Source: an uncultured Candidatus Poseidoniales archaeon
GTDB lineage: Archaea > Thermoplasmatota > Poseidoniia > Poseidoniales > Thalassarchaeaceae
NCBI GenBank assembly: GCA_964645485.1
Contig: CAZXZO010000025.1
Coordinates: 1 to 24,020 of the forward strand
Direction: 5' to 3'
Length of the DNA: 24,020 nt
Part shown: one piece after another, positions 15,473 to 24,020 of the stretch
How the letters are laid out: every line of letters starts with the position of its first letter
Position numbering within the stretch: position 1 is the first letter of the stretch
Made by a program: the position numbers and the translations under genes
Notes under the pieces: generated by a model
Database searches by the model: none
What the model was told of the DNA's origin: nothing
The model's input: only the letters and a program-made list of their open reading frames with translations

Positions 15473-18340
15473 ATGGGATTATTCATGTTGAAAAATGCAA
15501 TTTTGTTAAGTTTTCTGATGTTATCAACGAGTCTTGCCCCTCTGATTGCGGGGGGGGATAGCCTTGACAATTCTGATGAAGAATTGCTGGCCGAAGAGCG
15601 CGATGCACTATTCATTTCAAACACTGGTGGGCGGGAAGCACTAAATTTCTCACCCGATGTCTCTTTTAGATTTATACAAAACTCGCAAAATATTCAACTC
15701 AATCGGATGAAAGACTTGAACGATATTTTCCATTTCCTCAACATTTACTCACAAACAAGTGGAGTTGCTTCAATCAACTCAACGACTCGAAGCGAATTGA
15801 TTGTTCAAGTGCAATCATATCAAAATAGTGATGGAGGTTTTGGTGATTGGTTGAATGACCGTTCCAAAGCAGGTAGTACTAGAATTGCCGTTGAATCACT
15901 CGCTTTATTGGGCGCTCAACCACTGAATCTGACTTCACTCGAATTGTTCATTAACAGACTTCAAGTTAGTGGACTAGCATACGGAAACTTTGGATTCCGT
16001 TCAACAATTACCGAATCCGATGCTGATATCTCGACTACATATGATGCTGTGAGAGTGTTGACAATGCTGGGTATAACAGTCCCTAATGGCAGTGGGGTTG
16101 AAGAGTACATCCACCAGCACCGAAATTTGGATGGCGGCTATGGATATCAGACAAACCGTGAGGCTGGAATCTTTTGGCCCTCAACAACAATCCACACAGA
16201 ACGTGCTCTACTTGCACTACAAGCGATGGGAACTACAGCCGAGGAACCTGTCTTGACTACTGACTTCCTTCGCTCTGTTCAAGCGCCTGATGGGGGATTT
16301 TCGAATGAACCGACTACGATAGCAAAAGTGTCCTATACTTGGGACGCAGTGTTAGCTTTTGATGCGTTGATGGTCCCTTTACCTCGGCCAGCTGATGTCG
16401 CCGCTTTCACAAAATCAAATCAAATGCCATCGGGTGGGTGGCTTGAATACGCACTTGACACTAAGACTGGGATACACTCAACTCATTTCGCGGTGCGCAC
16501 ATTAAATTCACTCTCTGAACAGTTTGACCATGACTCTGTTTTGTCATATTTGGAGGCTGACCTCAACGCCAGCCTTGATGGTGGTTTTGGCAACCAACCT
16601 GGAATGGATTCCAATATTCGTATAACTTTTGACGCGATTACTGCTCTTAATCAGATTGGTCGAACACCCAACAATCGCACTGCGGCAAGCGAGTTTATTC
16701 TCAATGCTCAAAATCTAGATGGGGGATTTGGAGTAGGTGGTTCATCCGTTGAGTCAACCTATCGAGCAGTGGCAACCTTGCACCGCGCTGGAATTGATGT
16801 GCCAAATGGTAGTGCAACAGTCAATTTCATCAGAAACGCCCAGAATTTGGACGGCGGATTTGGTTTCAAGCCGGGTAGACCTTCCACTGCGGCTTACACT
16901 TATCGTAGTTTGATGGCTCTAAACTTACTCGCCTCCGAACCAATCAACAAAAATGGAACTATAACATATCTTCAGAATCTACAAAATCCTGATGGCGGAT
17001 TTGGTAGCACATTTGGAGACCAGTCATCTGCAATCGGTTCAACATACAGATGTATCCGAGGACTGACAATTTTAAACGCTCAGCCTTTGAATGTTGATAA
17101 CGCTGAAACATTCATTCTCTCAACCCAAAATCTAGACGGAGGATTTCGACTTTCCCCGGATTCCACCATGAGCCCAAACAATCTTTCAACAGCAGTTCGC
17201 ACCTATGACGCTGTAACCGCGTTGAGATATTTAGACCGACCACTCACATCAACAAATTCGGTAGACAATTTCATCAAAACTTTAAGAAACCCTGACCTTG
17301 GATTTGGTTCAAAACCATTCTTCACCTCAGAAGTGGAAGACTCATTCACCAGTGTATCCTCTCTCTATGCCCTACACCCAGAGTTGGACACCCCCCCTCA
17401 AATTCTCTCTAGTGGAGCGAGCATCCCTACCACATCCGCTGGACAAGAAATTTGGTTCAATCTCTCATACAATGATACCGATAACCAACTACCCGACAGA
17501 GTTGCTCTGGAAATTGACGGCACTCTGCAATTGATGCCATTGAGTACTAGGTTGCCTGCAATATCAAATCTAAATTTGACTTTACCAGTTGGCAACCATA
17601 CATTCCGCTTCATCATCTCATCAAACACTCACGAAGTATCCTCAGTTTTGAGTCAAGTTACAATTGAGCCAGTTGGCTCTCCACCCACCATCAACATCTC
17701 AGTGTCTCCAGATGAAGGTGACATTGAAACGGTTTTCACTTTCAAATCGTATCACTATGACGCGGATGGAGATGTACCTACATCAGTCCGTATTTCTATT
17801 GACGGTGGAGACTGGTTAGATATGAGCCTAGATTCAAGCGCGGAGAATGGCACCTACCTCTACCAGACAACACTTCTACCCGGACGTCATACGGCCAAAA
17901 CTCGGGTATCGGATGGAATTAATGTGGTTATTTCTGATAATATTCAATCACCTCTAGTCCTCTCGCCTGACTCATCAAGACCTGATTGGAAAACATTCCA
18001 AAAAATTGAACTTTTGATTCTAGACAAGAAAGGTGTGCAAATAGAAATAAATGATGTTCGCCAAACTATCCATGAAGGCCAACAAGCCTGGTTAGTAACA
18101 ATCCCGGATGAATTGGTGTATGTCAGTCATGATGGAAGTAATATTCTTGTCACCGCAGAAGACTCTTCACTTATTCCACAAGAATTTTCAGAACTTTTCA
18201 GTGCAAAGATTTTAATTTTTAGTGCGATAATATTAGCCACGCTCCTGATGCTAATTGGTTTGAAGGGTAGAGTAAAGAAGCGGCGAAAACGGAAGGATTT
18301 GGACCCGTGGCTAACCTCTGATGATTATTGGGGAGACTGA
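15473..18340 (+). CDS. Exported prenyltransferase/squalene-oxidase (PFTB)-repeat protein with Ig-like modules and a C-terminal TM anchor (955 aa)
   Basis: Eleven Q/R-N-x-D-G-G-F-G-like repeats (e.g. QNSDGGFG, RNLDGGYG, QNLDGGFG, QNPDGGFG). Two D-x-D...IDG...G-x-HT beta modules. TM followed by KKRRKRK. Confidence 0.88.
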   Translation: MGLFMLKNAILLSFLMLSTSLAPLIAGGDSLDNSDEELLAEERDALFISNTGGREALNFSPDVSFRFIQNSQNIQLNRMKDLNDIFHFLNIYSQTSGVASINSTTRSELIVQVQSYQNSDGGFGDWLNDRSKAGSTRIAVESLALLGAQPLNLTSLELFINRLQVSGLAYGNFGFRSTITESDADISTTYDAVRVLTMLGITVPNGSGVEEYIHQHRNLDGGYGYQTNREAGIFWPSTTIHTERALLALQAMGTTAEEPVLTTDFLRSVQAPDGGFSNEPTTIAKVSYTWDAVLAFDALMVPLPRPADVAAFTKSNQMPSGGWLEYALDTKTGIHSTHFAVRTLNSLSEQFDHDSVLSYLEADLNASLDGGFGNQPGMDSNIRITFDAITALNQIGRTPNNRTAASEFILNAQNLDGGFGVGGSSVESTYRAVATLHRAGIDVPNGSATVNFIRNAQNLDGGFGFKPGRPSTAAYTYRSLMALNLLASEPINKNGTITYLQNLQNPDGGFGSTFGDQSSAIGSTYRCIRGLTILNAQPLNVDNAETFILSTQNLDGGFRLSPDSTMSPNNLSTAVRTYDAVTALRYLDRPLTSTNSVDNFIKTLRNPDLGFGSKPFFTSEVEDSFTSVSSLYALHPELDTPPQILSSGASIPTTSAGQEIWFNLSYNDTDNQLPDRVALEIDGTLQLMPLSTRLPAISNLNLTLPVGNHTFRFIISSNTHEVSSVLSQVTIEPVGSPPTINISVSPDEGDIETVFTFKSYHYDADGDVPTSVRISIDGGDWLDMSLDSSAENGTYLYQTTLLPGRHTAKTRVSDGINVVISDNIQSPLVLSPDSSRPDWKTFQKIELLILDKKGVQIEINDVRQTIHEGQQAWLVTIPDELVYVSHDGSNILVTAEDSSLIPQEFSELFSAKILIFSAIILATLLMLIGLKGRVKKRRKRKDLDPWLTSDDYWGD

Positions 18341-18349
18341 GGTGAGATA

Positions 18350-19984
18350 ATGAAATGGGAAGAGAGATTATCGGTAATGAGTCTATTGTTTTTCGTCGGC
18401 ATTGCAGTTGTTTGGACGCGCCAAAATCTCGTCCACATGCAACCAATTCTCGCCGCTTCAACGCTATTTTTCGAATTGATAATTGGTGCACTTTTCATCG
18501 TAATTATGCGCAACGTAGTCGGCGTGAAAACATACGGAGTTTTCGGACCTGTGGTGGTGGCTCTTGGTTTGAAAACCAGTGGGTTGCTCACCGGTGTACC
18601 TCTTTACATTGACTTATTTATCGTCGGGATGCTCGTCTCAATGATCATTCATCCTCTAGCCTTACCGGGGTCATTCCGAGTAGCGGTTGTACAGACAATT
18701 ATCGCGATAACTCTAACCGTGTTTGAACTGGTTGGTGAGGTCTATCACCTTACAACTTTTGAGATGGCTATTTTCTTCCCAGTCATCGTTCTTTCATGGC
18801 TCGCTGACCGTTATGTTGCGCAAGTGGTAGAAACCGGATGGGTAGAGCCGACCAAGCAATTGCTCGGGACCATCTTTGTGGTGATTACCGCACAGATGCT
18901 GATTATTCAGGATTCTATTGTCAACTTCGTAGCCCTCAACCCAGAAACTTGGTTGGTTGGTCTAATTGTTCTTATTCTAATTGCAAGGAGTACTGGCATG
19001 AGGCTGTCTGAATATATCCGCTTCAAATTTGTCACTCAAAAAGATGGCCGCAAAGGGGTATTGGGGATTGATAAACGGAATCGCCACTTTGTGGCACGGT
19101 ACAACCCATGGACTCTATTCTCTTTCACCTCAAAAGATGCAATGAAACGCACCTTGATGCAATTAGAGATTCCAACCCCAACAACTTACTCAATTATTTC
19201 AGAGAGACATGAACTGAAAATGGTAAGGAAAGTTGCCGAAGAACATCAGGAATTTGTCATCAAACCTTCAAACGGATTTGGTGGTGAAGGAATTATTGTT
19301 CTAGGCGGAAAACATGAGGGAAAGGTGCCGGTTTTTCAGGCGAGGGGAAAAGATTGGTCGGTAAAAGATTTGGAAAGGCATGTCCTCTCAATTCTTGATG
19401 GGCAATACTCAGGGGGCAACAAAGATGTGGCAATTCTCGAGCGTCGAATAGTTCCAGACAAGAGATTAGAAAGATTCTGTTATGATGGTCTACCGGATAT
19501 TCGCGTTATAATTCTTGAGGGATTCCCGGTAATGGCAATGTCGCGGCTACCGACAAAGATTTCGGATGGCGCGGCTAACCTTCACAAAGGAGCTATTGGA
19601 CTCGGGCTGTCTCTACAAGATGGTTCAGCACTGCAAGCGGTATGGAAAGGCCGTGTGATAGAACACCACCCTGACACTGGGGCTGACCTGTCTGAGTTTA
19701 TTGTGCCTCATTGGGATGATGTGTTACGCTTGTCGATGCAAGCTCAAGCCGCAAGTCGGCTCGGTTATGTTGGTGCTGATATCGTCATGGACGAGGAGTT
19801 CGGGCCGATGATTTTGGAGGTCAATAAGAGGCCCGGGCTCGGCATTCAAAATACAAATCAGGCTGGGTTGCTGAGGCGGTTGACATTCATGGAAGCAAAT
19901 ATGCTCGAACACAAATTCAAGACAATGGATGACAGAATTGATGTGATGAAAAACTGGGATGCAAGGGGGTGGAAGAATGCGTGA
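18350..19984 (+). CDS. 7TM (7TM_transglut-type) domain fused to an alpha-L-glutamate-ligase-like ATP-grasp (ATPgrasp_ST/RimK-related)
   Basis: N-terminal: IGALFIVIMRNVVGVKTYGVFGP, FPVIVL, TGMRLSEYIRF. C-terminal: GVLGIDKRN, FVIKPSNGFGGEGI, GLPDIRVI, MAMSRLPT, ANLHKGA, GADIV, LEVNKRPGLGIQ. SD GAGGTGAG. Confidence 0.9.
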   Translation: MKWEERLSVMSLLFFVGIAVVWTRQNLVHMQPILAASTLFFELIIGALFIVIMRNVVGVKTYGVFGPVVVALGLKTSGLLTGVPLYIDLFIVGMLVSMIIHPLALPGSFRVAVVQTIIAITLTVFELVGEVYHLTTFEMAIFFPVIVLSWLADRYVAQVVETGWVEPTKQLLGTIFVVITAQMLIIQDSIVNFVALNPETWLVGLIVLILIARSTGMRLSEYIRFKFVTQKDGRKGVLGIDKRNRHFVARYNPWTLFSFTSKDAMKRTLMQLEIPTPTTYSIISERHELKMVRKVAEEHQEFVIKPSNGFGGEGIIVLGGKHEGKVPVFQARGKDWSVKDLERHVLSILDGQYSGGNKDVAILERRIVPDKRLERFCYDGLPDIRVIILEGFPVMAMSRLPTKISDGAANLHKGAIGLGLSLQDGSALQAVWKGRVIEHHPDTGADLSEFIVPHWDDVLRLSMQAQAASRLGYVGADIVMDEEFGPMILEVNKRPGLGIQNTNQAGLLRRLTFMEANMLEHKFKTMDDRIDVMKNWDARGWKNA

Positions 19985-21134
19985 AGATAAAGAGCGAATG
20001 GCGCTCTTTTTAGCGATTCTAATCACCTTAACATCGGTTGGAGTCTATCCAATCGTGGTCCAGCAACCACTGCGCGACCCTTGGCAAGTGACAGATATGG
20101 ATTTCACAGTCAATGTTAGTGTCAAGAACCTAGGTCTGAACCCTGCCCGAGATGTTCCCCTCCGATTAGCCCTACCAATGAGCGATATGGATGACCAAGA
20201 GTTGTTGTCTTACACATTTTCAGAACCTCTAGAGAGAGAGAGCAATGATACACTTGGTAACAAATTTGTCCACTTTGTGATTCCAAATATTGACCCAGCC
20301 ACAGAACATGTTATCACTATGAATATCTCGATGCGACTTTGGTCAGTTGACTATGATATTGAACCAGACATGGTGGGAGATTACCTAGGCGACCAGGATG
20401 TGTGGCTTGCCGAAAGCACCTACATCAATGTCAACGACCCAATTGTTCAGGAGGTAGCAGACCAAATTGCAAGTGAGAGCGAGTGGGCTGTTGATATCGG
20501 TTGGAACACCTACACTTGGATTATTGACAATATCTACTATCAACAAATTGCCGGTGAAAATGATGCTCGGAGCACGATTGAACTTGGTGAAGGTGGTTCG
20601 GCGGAATTTGGCAACTTATTTGTTGCATTGATGCGAGCAAATAACATTCCAGCTCGACGGCTCTCAGGCTGGGGTTCCCACTTTGACATCGACGATTCAT
20701 TACCCGACAATCGCTTTGCGCATGGTTGGGCTGAATTCTATCTTCCAGATGTTGGATGGCTTACTGCTGACCCAACTTGGGGTATCACAAATCGCTTTGA
20801 TAATTATGGAAATAGTGACGATAATCATATCGTCTTGACTAGGGGTGCCGGAATTCACTATCGCACGAGGGGGCCATATTCTGCCCCATTTGGGGAAACA
20901 ACATTAGACACTGATTACGATGTTTGGGTTACCGGAAAAACCGAGGAAAATTTATCACCAATCCGAACTGTTTTGACGACGATTTTGTTTGCAATGCCAT
21001 TCATATTCGCATTATTTGTAATATCAAGAGTGCGAACTCAGCGAAATGAAGTAAGTATTGATTTAACGCGCCCGCCACTAAAACTCAAAGAGCCTTTGGT
21101 TGCCGAAGCAGAGCCGAAACCTCCTCCGAGTTGA
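19977..21134 (+). CDS. Transglutaminase-like protein with Ser at the catalytic Cys position and TM segments at both ends
   Basis: GEGGSAEFGNLFVALMRANNIPAR and HGWAEFYLPDVGWLTADPT. ATG at 19977 overlaps the upstream stop by 8 nt and is preferred over 19959. Confidence 0.88.
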   Translation: MREDKERMALFLAILITLTSVGVYPIVVQQPLRDPWQVTDMDFTVNVSVKNLGLNPARDVPLRLALPMSDMDDQELLSYTFSEPLERESNDTLGNKFVHFVIPNIDPATEHVITMNISMRLWSVDYDIEPDMVGDYLGDQDVWLAESTYINVNDPIVQEVADQIASESEWAVDIGWNTYTWIIDNIYYQQIAGENDARSTIELGEGGSAEFGNLFVALMRANNIPARRLSGWGSHFDIDDSLPDNRFAHGWAEFYLPDVGWLTADPTWGITNRFDNYGNSDDNHIVLTRGAGIHYRTRGPYSAPFGETTLDTDYDVWVTGKTEENLSPIRTVLTTILFAMPFIFALFVISRVRTQRNEVSIDLTRPPLKLKEPLVAEAEPKPPPS

Positions 21135-21358
21135 AAAAAACTATTCCACCACCGACCTGACTTTTTATCGGAGATAATTAGTAAGCGTTCAAATCAAGGG
21201 AAATTTGACAAAATGTGCCCAAGTTGGAAATTTCGGTTAATAAATTGGCTCAATTTTGCAAAATATAGGTTGAAATTGGTTGGGAACGACAAATATCAAC
21301 GCAAAATTGGAGTTTTTTCGCTGAATGTGATACAAATAGGTCTGAACGCTACCAATAA

Positions 21359-21802
21359 TTATTCGTTTAAAGTATGTCTTAAACTAGAAAAATCCGGATT
21401 GCCATCGTCCCACAATACAACCTCAATCTCCCAGCCAGTTGGGTCTTTGAGGTACCATGCAGTTGAATGAGGGAATTTGCAAGCCCCACCATACAGGATA
21501 GACAATTTCTCACTTTCGATTATCGCTTCCCACGCCCCGCGATCGGTAATTTTTAGACCAAAATGTGCTAAATAATGCAAGCCGGAATCTTTCGCTTGGA
21601 AGCGGTCTTTTACAACCAAATTTGGCTGTTCGTAAAGACAGAGAAGTGCGTCGTCACACGCAAGCACACCCCACAGTTTCCCCTCATCTTCGCCGCGCTC
21701 TCGCAACTCAAACCCAAAAACTCGGGAGTACCATTCTACGCTCTCTGCAAAACTCGCCACACTCATGTTGAGGTGGTCCAAACACTTCACCAAACCGGCC
21801 AT
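21359..21802 (-). CDS. VOC/glyoxalase family protein
   Basis: LDHLNMSV...WYSRVFGF, HFGLKI, and YLKDPTGWEIE motifs. ATG at 21802 preferred over the track's 21850. Confidence 0.88.
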   Translation of the reverse strand: MAGLVKCLDHLNMSVASFAESVEWYSRVFGFELRERGEDEGKLWGVLACDDALLCLYEQPNLVVKDRFQAKDSGLHYLAHFGLKITDRGAWEAIIESEKLSILYGGACKFPHSTAWYLKDPTGWEIEVVLWDDGNPDFSSLRHTLNE

Positions 21803-21865
21803 GTGCCAAGCCACACACGGTTCTACTTTCAAAGCCTTGTCAGCGAGCAAGTGTTCAATTTCCTG

Positions 21866-22351
21866 CTAAATCCAGCGCCGAACTTTGTCCATGTATTCGT
21901 TATACGCTTCACCAATCGTTTGTTTAAGATACTCTTCTTCTGGTAAGACAACTAGGTAATGCAAAATTGGATAACCGAGGATATGGAAGGTAATGAATAA
22001 CCACGCATTATTGACAATTATCGCTACCCCTGCAACAATGAATCCCATTGCTAGGTAGACGGGATTTCTAGTGTAGCGGAATGGGCCATTTGTGACCACT
22101 TTATTGGTTGGAACATTATGTGAAAAATGTTCATCATGACTGCTGAAAGTTCGTCGAGCAGAAGCCATAAGTAAAACCCCAATAAAAATGCAAGGCAGAC
22201 CTAAGATTGCCCGAAGATAACCTTGTTCTAACACTGAAATCGGAAATGCATAATTGATGGCAAAACCGACTCCAACAAGAATCAGCACTAAGATGGGTGG
22301 TTTGAAGGGAAGGCGAATTTGATTATTATTTTCTTGCAACTTTATCACCAA
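21866..22351 (-). CDS. Isoprenylcysteine carboxyl methyltransferase (ICMT/PEMT) family membrane protein
   Basis: VVTNGPFRYTRNPVYLAM and EEEYL...GEAYNEYMDKVRRWI motifs, with several TM segments. Confidence 0.88.
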   Translation of the reverse strand: MVIKLQENNNQIRLPFKPPILVLILVGVGFAINYAFPISVLEQGYLRAILGLPCIFIGVLLMASARRTFSSHDEHFSHNVPTNKVVTNGPFRYTRNPVYLAMGFIVAGVAIIVNNAWLFITFHILGYPILHYLVVLPEEEYLKQTIGEAYNEYMDKVRRWI

Positions 22352-22373
22352 ATTAGGTATTCATTACATATGA

Positions 22374-23894
22374 TTATTCGCCGTTGATCAAACGCACCAG
22401 CGTTCGTACATGGACACCAGTCGCACCGTGAGCAACCATGGCGTTGGTTGAGGTGCCCCAGGCAGTTCCGGCGATATCTAAATGCGCCCACGGATATTGC
22501 TTTGCGTCATCCCCTTCTCCATTCTTAGGAACGAATTGTTTGAGGAATCCTGCCGCGGAATTAGAACCACCATATCTTTCTCCAAGATTTTTGACATCTG
22601 CAATTTTTGAACCTGTCATTTGCTTTTCAAACGCAGGCAACAGAGGCATCGGCCAAGCCAATTCACCACTATCTGCCGCTGCCTTGCGCAAATTCTCCAA
22701 CAAGTCATCATCGTTTGACCACAAACCACTGGCTTCGTGACCTAATGCAACAACGCAGGCACCAGTCAAAGTAGCAAGGTCAATGATGTATTCAGGATTA
22801 TACTCGCCAGCTTTCCACAATCCGTCAGCAAGAACAAGTCTACCTTCAGCGTCTGTGTTCAGCACTTCAACGGTTTTTCCTGAGTATGTAGGAATAACGT
22901 CACCCGGCCTGTAAGCGGTTGAACTAGGGCTGTTTTCTGCCATGCAAGAAATCGCCATCATGTGGCCTTTGTGGCCAACACCATGTAATGCAACCATCAA
23001 TCCAAACACGGTTGCGGAACCGTGCATGTCAAACTTCATTTCATCCATTCCAGCACCTGGCTTCAATGAAATTCCACCGGTATCAAAAGTGATTCCTTTG
23101 CCTACAATAATTGGACAGGGTCCATCCTTAGCCTTAGCATTTAATTCCCAAATCACCATGCAGGGAGGGTGTTCACTACCCTTCCCAACATTGATGAGGC
23201 CACCCATTTTGTTCTCTAGTAGGTCGTCCCACTCTAGAACAGTCACCGACAAGTTGCCTTTCCCTTTGGCAAATGCTTGGGCCCGTGCGGCATACTCCAT
23301 TGGAGTCAATTTGTTGGCTGGTTCGTTTCCGAGGTCTCTCGCAATATGTACCCCTGTGGCCATTGCTGATACACGGTCGCAACCTGCAGAAAGTTTGTCG
23401 AGATGACGGTTTGATGCTTGGAAAGTCACTGTGTATGGTGTATCATCATCATCGTCATCATCATCCTTTGAAAGATACTTGTCAAACTTGTAATCTCTCA
23501 GCATCATACCTTCCCCAAATGCTGTCATCATTGAGGATTTCCAACCACTTGTGAATCGGACAATGATGGACTTTCCATGTGATTTATTGAGGCCTGCTAG
23601 TGTGTTAGCGCCCACGTCTCTAACTGAATTGGATTTCAAATCGCTGGATTTTCCTACACCTACAAGAACAACTTTACAATCTTCGTTCCAGAGTGAAATC
23701 ATCTTCCCGGATTTACCATCAAAATCCTCACTTCCAATTGCAGATTTCACCTGTGCTTGACCTGCTCGACTCAAACCTGTTAGAGAGCGATTTGGTGGTT
23801 TATCTACACCCTCAAAAAGAGGAATTATCAGTGTAGTTGGTCCAGGGCCTTCATTCTCATTCCAATTATAAATCGCGCTTACTTGATGTTCCAT
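22374..23894 (-). CDS. pepA: Leucyl aminopeptidase (peptidase M17)
   Basis: VGKGITFDTGGISLKP, MKFDM, NTDAEGRLVLAD, IDLATLTGA, and WAHLDIAGT motifs. ATG at 23894 or GTG at 23900. Confidence 0.96.
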   Translation of the reverse strand: MEHQVSAIYNWNENEGPGPTTLIIPLFEGVDKPPNRSLTGLSRAGQAQVKSAIGSEDFDGKSGKMISLWNEDCKVVLVGVGKSSDLKSNSVRDVGANTLAGLNKSHGKSIIVRFTSGWKSSMMTAFGEGMMLRDYKFDKYLSKDDDDDDDDTPYTVTFQASNRHLDKLSAGCDRVSAMATGVHIARDLGNEPANKLTPMEYAARAQAFAKGKGNLSVTVLEWDDLLENKMGGLINVGKGSEHPPCMVIWELNAKAKDGPCPIIVGKGITFDTGGISLKPGAGMDEMKFDMHGSATVFGLMVALHGVGHKGHMMAISCMAENSPSSTAYRPGDVIPTYSGKTVEVLNTDAEGRLVLADGLWKAGEYNPEYIIDLATLTGACVVALGHEASGLWSNDDDLLENLRKAAADSGELAWPMPLLPAFEKQMTGSKIADVKNLGERYGGSNSAAGFLKQFVPKNGEGDDAKQYPWAHLDIAGTAWGTSTNAMVAHGATGVHVRTLVRLINGE

Positions 23895-24020
23895 AAGCAC
23901 CCCGATTGGGCGACACTATTCAAAGGTGAGTGTTACCAAAAATAAACTAAAGTGGTAATTTTTCGGTTCGGCCAGCATTTTTTTCATGGAAAAACATGGT
24001 TTCACGCCGTTCCGAAGCGA

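Noticed and set aside
21213-21470. 85-aa plus-strand ORF
   Set aside because: Made of AT-rich intergenic sequence, overlaps the VOC gene's 3' end in antisense, and has no recognisable motif.
21866-22351. ICMT-like gene near a prenyltransferase-repeat gene as a eukaryote-like CaaX pathway
   Set aside because: It is on the opposite strand in a different operon, the family is widespread in prokaryotes, and the repeat protein appears exported and lacks the Zn-site Cys.
23441-23466. Poly-Asp run in leucyl aminopeptidase
   Set aside because: A simple low-complexity loop in the variable N-terminal domain with no sign of a link to the exported acidic tracts.
1-24020. Mobile element or prophage
   Set aside because: No transposase, integrase, terminal inverted repeats, tRNA attachment site or viral hallmark gene was recognised.

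Overview
This 24 kb window looks archaeal, most like Marine Group II Euryarchaeota (Ca. Poseidoniales). That is inferred from an MGII-style pilin N-terminus, a group II chaperonin, an archaeal/Gram-positive-type DnaK, TATA-like boxes and GGAGG/GGTGA ribosome-binding sites. From left to right it holds: two small membrane genes; a tightly coupled minus-strand operon of two unknown genes plus a CX5R-phosphatase/EEP fusion; an AT-rich intergenic region with a perfect GC hairpin and a 22-bp direct repeat; a pilin fused to a six-repeat Asp-box propeller; an 80-codon membrane gene missed by the ORF track because of an internal TAG; a zincin-like protein; a divergent chaperone locus (thermosome versus Hsp20-like plus dnaK); a roughly 10 kb cell-surface locus; and VOC, ICMT-like and leucyl aminopeptidase genes. 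The surface locus (11174-21134) is the strongest candidate for an undescribed system. It encodes two paralogous polyacidic exported proteins around a wHTH regulator and a hidden degenerate tandem array encoding coupled LKMM micropeptides. These are followed by a four-gene operon: a His-rich cytochrome b-like membrane protein, an exported protein with 11 prenyltransferase-type repeats, a 7TM domain fused directly to a RimK-like ATP-grasp ligase, and a transglutaminase-fold protein whose catalytic Cys is replaced by Ser. All family assignments come from motifs read by eye and recalled family knowledge; no database search was run.
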